Part shown: positions 27,369 through 32,936 of the stretch, in pieces
Numbering within the stretch: position 1 is the first letter of the stretch
How the letters are laid out: the number at the start of each line of letters is the position of its first letter
Source of the DNA: Pseudomonadota bacterium
GTDB taxonomy: Bacteria > Pseudomonadota > Alphaproteobacteria > Caulobacterales > Caulobacteraceae
Reading direction: 5' to 3'
Length of the DNA stretch: 32,936 nucleotides
Assembly: GCA_040386415.1 (NCBI GenBank)
Contig: JAZKFM010000156.1
Location: forward strand, 1-32,936
Notes under the pieces: model-generated
Seen by the model: the letters and a program-made list of their open reading frames with translations, nothing else
What the model was told of the DNA's origin: nothing
The model's database searches: none
Translations under genes and position numbers: made by a program

Positions 27369-29561
27369 ATGCCATCCGCCTCCCTCGACGAGGCGCGGGA
27401 GATCCTGCGCCGCACCTTCGGCCATGCCGAGTTCCGGGGCCGCCAGGCCGAGGTGATCGAAGAGGTCCTGGCCGGGCGCAGCGCCATGGCCGTCCTGCCC
27501 ACCGGCGGCGGCAAGAGCCTCTGCTACCAGATCCCCAGCCTGATGCGGCCGGGCCTCGGCCTGGTGGTCTCGCCGCTGATCGCGCTCATGACCGACCAGG
27601 TGGCCGGCCTGGTGCAGTCGGGCGTGGCCGCCGCGCGGCTGGATTCCAACATCGAGCCCTGGGAGAAGGCCCAGACCTGGGAGCGGATCGAGCAGGGCGA
27701 ACTGGACCTGCTCTACATCTCCCCGGAGGGCCTGATGACCTCGTCGGTGATGGACCGCCTGCGCCGCACGCCGCTGGCCCTCATCGCCATCGACGAAGCC
27801 CACTGCGTCAGCCAGTGGGGCCATGACTTCCGGCCCGAGTACCGGATGCTGGGACGGCTGGCCGAGATCTTCCCCGACGTGCCGCGCCTGGCGGTCACCG
27901 CCACCGCCGACGCCCGGACCCGCGACGACATCCGCGCCGAACTGCGGCTGGAGGACGCCCTGGAGTTCGTCGCCAGTTTCGCGCGCCCAGAGCTCGCCCT
28001 GTCGGCGGAACGCAAGCGCGGGGCCGGCCACAAGCGGGTGCTGGAGCTGATCGAGGCGCGGCCCGACCGCTCCGGCGTGGTCTATGCCGGCTCCCGCGAC
28101 GGTGTCGACAAGCTGGCCGAGAGCCTGCGCGCGGCCGGAACCAACGCCCTGGCCTACCATGCCGGACTGGACAAGGCGGTCCGGGCCGAGCGGCTGGAGA
28201 CCTTCCTGGAGGCTGACGCCGCGGTGATGGTGGCCACCATCGCCTTCGGCATGGGGGTCGACAAACCCGACGTCCGCTTCGTGATCCACGCCGATCCGCC
28301 CGCCTCCATCGAGGCCTATTGGCAGGAGATCGGCCGGGCGGGCCGCGACGGCGATCCGGCCGAGGGCATCACCCTCTATGGCGCCGCCGACATGGCCTGG
28401 GCCTACCGCCGCATCGACGGCCGGGAGATGGACGACACGGTCAAGGCCGTGCAGCGCCGCAAGGTCGGCCAGTTCTACGCCATGATGGACGGCGCCAACT
28501 GCCGCGCCGCCGCCGTGCGCCGCTATTTCGGCGAAGAGGGGGTGGAGCCCTGCGGCCAGTGCGACCTCTGCCTGTCGCCGCCTGAAAGCATCGACGCCAC
28601 CCAGGGCGCCCAGAAGGCGCTGTCGGCGGTGCATCGCCTAGGGGGCCGGTTCGGGCGCGGACGGCTGGTGGAGCACCTGATGGGCAAGACCAAGGAGCCT
28701 TCGAGCTTCGAGGCGGGGCTGACCACCTTCGGCATCGGCAAGGAGTTCAGCGTCAATGGCTGGCGCGACCTGATCGATCAGCTGCTGTTCGACGGCCTGC
28801 TTAAGGAAGACCCCAATGACGGCCGCCCGCTGATCGGGCTCGGCGACCCGGAGGGGGTGAAGGCGGTCTATCGGGGCGAGCGCCGGGTGGGCCTGCGCAA
28901 GGCGCCCGAGGAACACGATCCCACCACCCGCTCGGGCAAGCCGCGCAAGCGCCGCGAGGCCGCCGACATCGATCCGGGCGACGCGGCCCTGTTCGAGGCC
29001 CTGCGCTACTGGCGGGCCGGCGAGGCCAAGCGCCAGCACGTGCCGCCCTATGTGATCTTCCCCGACCGCACCCTGATCGAGGTCGCCCAGTCCAAGCCCG
29101 GGTCCCTGCCCCGCCTGGCCGCCGTCTCCGGCGTGGGCGAAAGCAAGCTCGCCCGTTACGGCGAGGCGGTGCTGGAGGTGGTGAAGGGGTTCGAGGGCAG
29201 CCTCGAAGCTGACCGACCAGCGGTGACGACCCTGGAGCGCGCCCAGGACCTGCGGCAGACGATGTCGCCGCCGGAGCGCATCCTCTGGAACGCGCTGAGC
29301 GGCCGGAAGATGGACGGGTTCAAGTTCCGCCGGCAGCATCCCCTCGAGCCATACGTTCTCGACTTCTACTGCCCGGAGAAGGAGCTCTGTATCGAGGTTG
29401 ATGGCTGGGGCCACAACATGGGCGACCAGCCTGAGCGTGACGTTCGCCGCGACGCTTTCCTCAAGAAGAACGGCATCCGGACCCTCCGTATCAGTGCGTC
29501 CGACATTTCCACCGATATGGACGCGGTCCTCTACACCATCGCCATGACAGTCCGCGGCTAA
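27369..29561 (+). CDS. recQ: RecQ helicase with a C-terminal DUF559 (Vsr-like) endonuclease fusion
   Basis: PTGGGKS, IDEAHCVSQWGHDFRP, QEIGRAGRDG, Zn-binding Cys, HRDC (VPPYVIF); then PERILW..FRRQHP..DFYC..IEVDGWGH..RDAFL..G.RTLR. Confidence 0.93.
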   Translation: MPSASLDEAREILRRTFGHAEFRGRQAEVIEEVLAGRSAMAVLPTGGGKSLCYQIPSLMRPGLGLVVSPLIALMTDQVAGLVQSGVAAARLDSNIEPWEKAQTWERIEQGELDLLYISPEGLMTSSVMDRLRRTPLALIAIDEAHCVSQWGHDFRPEYRMLGRLAEIFPDVPRLAVTATADARTRDDIRAELRLEDALEFVASFARPELALSAERKRGAGHKRVLELIEARPDRSGVVYAGSRDGVDKLAESLRAAGTNALAYHAGLDKAVRAERLETFLEADAAVMVATIAFGMGVDKPDVRFVIHADPPASIEAYWQEIGRAGRDGDPAEGITLYGAADMAWAYRRIDGREMDDTVKAVQRRKVGQFYAMMDGANCRAAAVRRYFGEEGVEPCGQCDLCLSPPESIDATQGAQKALSAVHRLGGRFGRGRLVEHLMGKTKEPSSFEAGLTTFGIGKEFSVNGWRDLIDQLLFDGLLKEDPNDGRPLIGLGDPEGVKAVYRGERRVGLRKAPEEHDPTTRSGKPRKRREAADIDPGDAALFEALRYWRAGEAKRQHVPPYVIFPDRTLIEVAQSKPGSLPRLAAVSGVGESKLARYGEAVLEVVKGFEGSLEADRPAVTTLERAQDLRQTMSPPERILWNALSGRKMDGFKFRRQHPLEPYVLDFYCPEKELCIEVDGWGHNMGDQPERDVRRDAFLKKNGIRTLRISASDISTDMDAVLYTIAMTVRG

Positions 29562-29562
29562 C

Positions 29563-29731
29563 CATCTTCCCCCACGCAGGTGGGGGAAGTGGCCCGACGG
29601 CCCCTTGGCTGGAGGGTCGATGGGGGTACGTATCTGAAGCGTCGGGGGGCTGCAGATTCGCACCCCCATCGTCACGCGTCTTGGCTGCGCCAAGCCTTGT
29701 GACACTTCCCCCACGTTCGTGGGGGAAGCTG
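29563..29731. repeat. Structured palindromic intergenic repeat, family A copy 2
   Basis: Arms are reverse complements of those at 5896..6060; starts immediately after the recQ-DUF559 stop. Confidence 0.9.
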
Positions 29732-29738
29732 GGATGCT

Positions 29739-30815
29739 CTAAGCCGCCTTTGAAGCTCCGGCGCGGGCCGCCTCGGGCTCGCGCTGGGTGATAGCGCCGT
29801 ACCAGCCGAGACCGCGATAGGTCTCGTAGCCGGGGGTCAGGGCGTAGCCGACGGTGACGTGGTCTTTGGCGTAGCTGCCCATGCCGGTGGCGTCGGCGGG
29901 CAGGCGGAAGGTTTCGTCCAGTTCGCCCCGTTGGTCGGAGGCGGCCAGCACGCGCCCGGCGTGGTCCAGAAGCAGCACGCGGGAACGGGCGCGCTCCTCG
30001 TCGGTCAACCGCACGCCGTCCACCACGGCCTGGGCCTGGGGCTTCCAGTCGAAGTGGATGCCCAGCACCCCGATCACCTTGCCGTCGGACAGTCCGTCCT
30101 GGCGGATGGCGGTGGCGTAGGTGGCCACCGGCGCGCTGTTGAGCGCCGGGGCGCGCTCGATGTCCCAGGCCACGAACTCGTCGCCCGAGGTGGTCTTCAT
30201 GGCCTCCTGGAACCAGCCGGCGCCGGCGACGGATAGCCCCTGGGTCGCGGGATAGGTCTGGGGCCGGCCGGTGGCCACCACCTTGCCCGAGGCGTCGCAG
30301 ATCCAGAGGTCGAGATAGACGGTGTAGGCGTCGAGGATCACCTTCAGCCGGCTGCTCGCATGGCGCGATCCCTCCGGCGTGGGCTCGGCCACGCAGGCCA
30401 CCACGGCGGAATCGGTCGCCCACCAGCGGACGTCGCAGGTGCGCTCATAGAGGTTGCGGTCGATGATCTCGATGGCGTTGAGCGCCAGGTCGGCCAGACG
30501 CTGTCCGCGCAGGTGGGAGAGGATGGCGCCCCCCACCAGGGACAGTTCCTGCAGGTCGGCCCGGACCTGGCTCTCCAGGGCCTGGGCCACCTCGTCGATC
30601 TCCTGGGAGATGCGCTTGAATTCCTCGGAGACAATGGCGAAGCCGCGGCCCGCCTCGCCGGCGCGGGCCGCCGTGATCAGGGCGTTGATGGCCAACATCT
30701 TGGCCTCGCGATTGATGGAGGAGATCTCACCGATCTTGGCGCCGGCCACGGAGGACAGGCGCTCGGAGAGCTCCAGAATGCGTTCCGGGACCAGACTGCC
30801 GTCGGACTCAGCCAA
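29739..30815 (-). CDS. Soluble MCP-like protein: N-terminal signalling-tip segment plus Cache-like region
   Basis: MLAINALITAARAGEAGRGFAIVSEEFKRIS; DRNLYERTCDVRWWA; LDLWICDASGKVVA..WFQEA; no TM helix. Confidence 0.75.
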   Translation of the reverse strand: MAESDGSLVPERILELSERLSSVAGAKIGEISSINREAKMLAINALITAARAGEAGRGFAIVSEEFKRISQEIDEVAQALESQVRADLQELSLVGGAILSHLRGQRLADLALNAIEIIDRNLYERTCDVRWWATDSAVVACVAEPTPEGSRHASSRLKVILDAYTVYLDLWICDASGKVVATGRPQTYPATQGLSVAGAGWFQEAMKTTSGDEFVAWDIERAPALNSAPVATYATAIRQDGLSDGKVIGVLGIHFDWKPQAQAVVDGVRLTDEERARSRVLLLDHAGRVLAASDQRGELDETFRLPADATGMGSYAKDHVTVGYALTPGYETYRGLGWYGAITQREPEAARAGASKAA

Positions 30816-30984
30816 ACCGCATCCTCTTGCGCCGACGCACCACTCTCACGGGATGTCGACAGCGCATGCGGACATGAACGCTGAGTCGCGGCGAGATATT
30901 TAAATGTTACGCGACTGTATGGCGGCGCACTTTCCCGCAAAACAGCTCAAAATTCCTGTTTTTTTGGCAGGCTATGCCCGAAAA

Positions 30985-31854
30985 TCAGGCAGGGGTCAGG
31001 AAGACATAGCGCTGATAGGGGTCGGCCAGGGCCCAGTCGGCGCCCTCGATGCGCCAGTCCGGGTAGTTGGCGGCGATGAAGTCCAGGGTCATGGAGGTGT
31101 CGCCATAGGTGGCTTCCCCCTCCACTGTGTCGCGCCCGTGGGGGGCGAAGGCGAAGCCCTCGGCGGCATGTTTGGCCTGATAGGCGGCGGCCTCCGGCGC
31201 ATAGTCGGGGTTCACCACCCAGTACTCGGCGGGACGGATGGTGATCGCCAGCAGGCCGTTCGGCGCGATGTGTTTGCGCAGGGCGCCCAGCGCCGCGTCG
31301 GTGGCGTTGCGCGAGGTGTGGGTGAAGACCGAGAAGGCGAACATCACGTCGAAGGCGGCTTCCGGCGCCGGCAGGCTCGCGGGCAGGTAGTCCGACTGGG
31401 CGATATTGCCGGCCAGGCCCGCCTCGCGGCAGAGATTCACCGCCAGGTCCCAGGGGTCCACGGCCCAGATCGCCTCGGGATTGCTGAAATAGTAGAGCAG
31501 CCGGGTCATCCGCCCGTAACCGCAGCCGTAGTCGAGGATCCTGGCGCCCGAGAGCGAGCGGTTGCGCAGGGCGGCGTAGTTGTAGGCCAGCGCCCGGATG
31601 AAGCTGACGGTGGGGGTCAGCAGGGACAGGCCCGCGTCCCCGGTGAAATTGCGTTGGGTGTCGGCGCTGGCCATGCGCGGCAGCAGCTTGGACAGGGCCG
31701 GCAAGTCCTCCCGCGGCAGGTCGAACAGCACCATGCCGAAGGCGTCCAGGGAGAGCTTGCCCCGCAGGAAGGCCAGGACTTCGTTGACGGTGGCGCCCCG
31801 GGCGGCGAGGCCGTCGGCCTCCGCCACGATCTTGGCTTCATCGATGAGCAGCAC
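30985..31854 (-). CDS. Class I SAM-dependent methyltransferase
   Basis: ILDYGCGYGR, FDVMFAFSVFTH, PNGLLAIT. Confidence 0.85.
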   Translation of the reverse strand: MLLIDEAKIVAEADGLAARGATVNEVLAFLRGKLSLDAFGMVLFDLPREDLPALSKLLPRMASADTQRNFTGDAGLSLLTPTVSFIRALAYNYAALRNRSLSGARILDYGCGYGRMTRLLYYFSNPEAIWAVDPWDLAVNLCREAGLAGNIAQSDYLPASLPAPEAAFDVMFAFSVFTHTSRNATDAALGALRKHIAPNGLLAITIRPAEYWVVNPDYAPEAAAYQAKHAAEGFAFAPHGRDTVEGEATYGDTSMTLDFIAANYPDWRIEGADWALADPYQRYVFLTPA

Positions 31855-31932
31855 GCGGAGACTTTCGCTAGGCGGCCAGACGCCGCGCGGAGGGTCGGTT
31901 TGCCCAAACCGCGCGGTCGTTACAAGTGCAGC

Positions 31933-32936
<1,004 letters not shown>

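Noticed and set aside
5896-29731. Palindromic repeats read as a CRISPR array, IS ends or prophage att sites
   Set aside because: No regular repeat-spacer pattern, no cas, transposase or integrase genes; the intervening genes are housekeeping

Overview
High-GC alphaproteobacterial chromosome segment. Gene content, a class I LysRS and CIR-type repeats point to Caulobacteraceae, Phenylobacterium/Caulobacter-like (inference). About 26 CDS are present: manC, ABC components, gmhB, an ATP-dependent ligase plus ligase-associated exonuclease, two PaaI thioesterases, phnD, lysS, a Zn metalloprotease, a LiuR-like regulator with acyl-CoA dehydrogenase, a hybrid kinase, vsr, cysK, an orphan C5-cytosine methyltransferase, a BLUF protein, recQ, an MCP-like protein and the 3' part of gyrB. 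Two short ORFs missing from the ORF track also look real. The most interesting layer is non-coding: six structured intergenic palindromes in three pairs. Four of them share a C5/G5 hairpin arm and sit between convergent genes at or within a few bases of the stop codons. One abuts a DUF559 (Vsr-like) endonuclease domain fused in frame to RecQ, and another overlaps the vsr stop codon. This suggests a REP/REPIN-like system mobilised by Vsr/DUF559 nucleases (hypothesis). I saw no rRNA, tRNA, CRISPR array or transposase.
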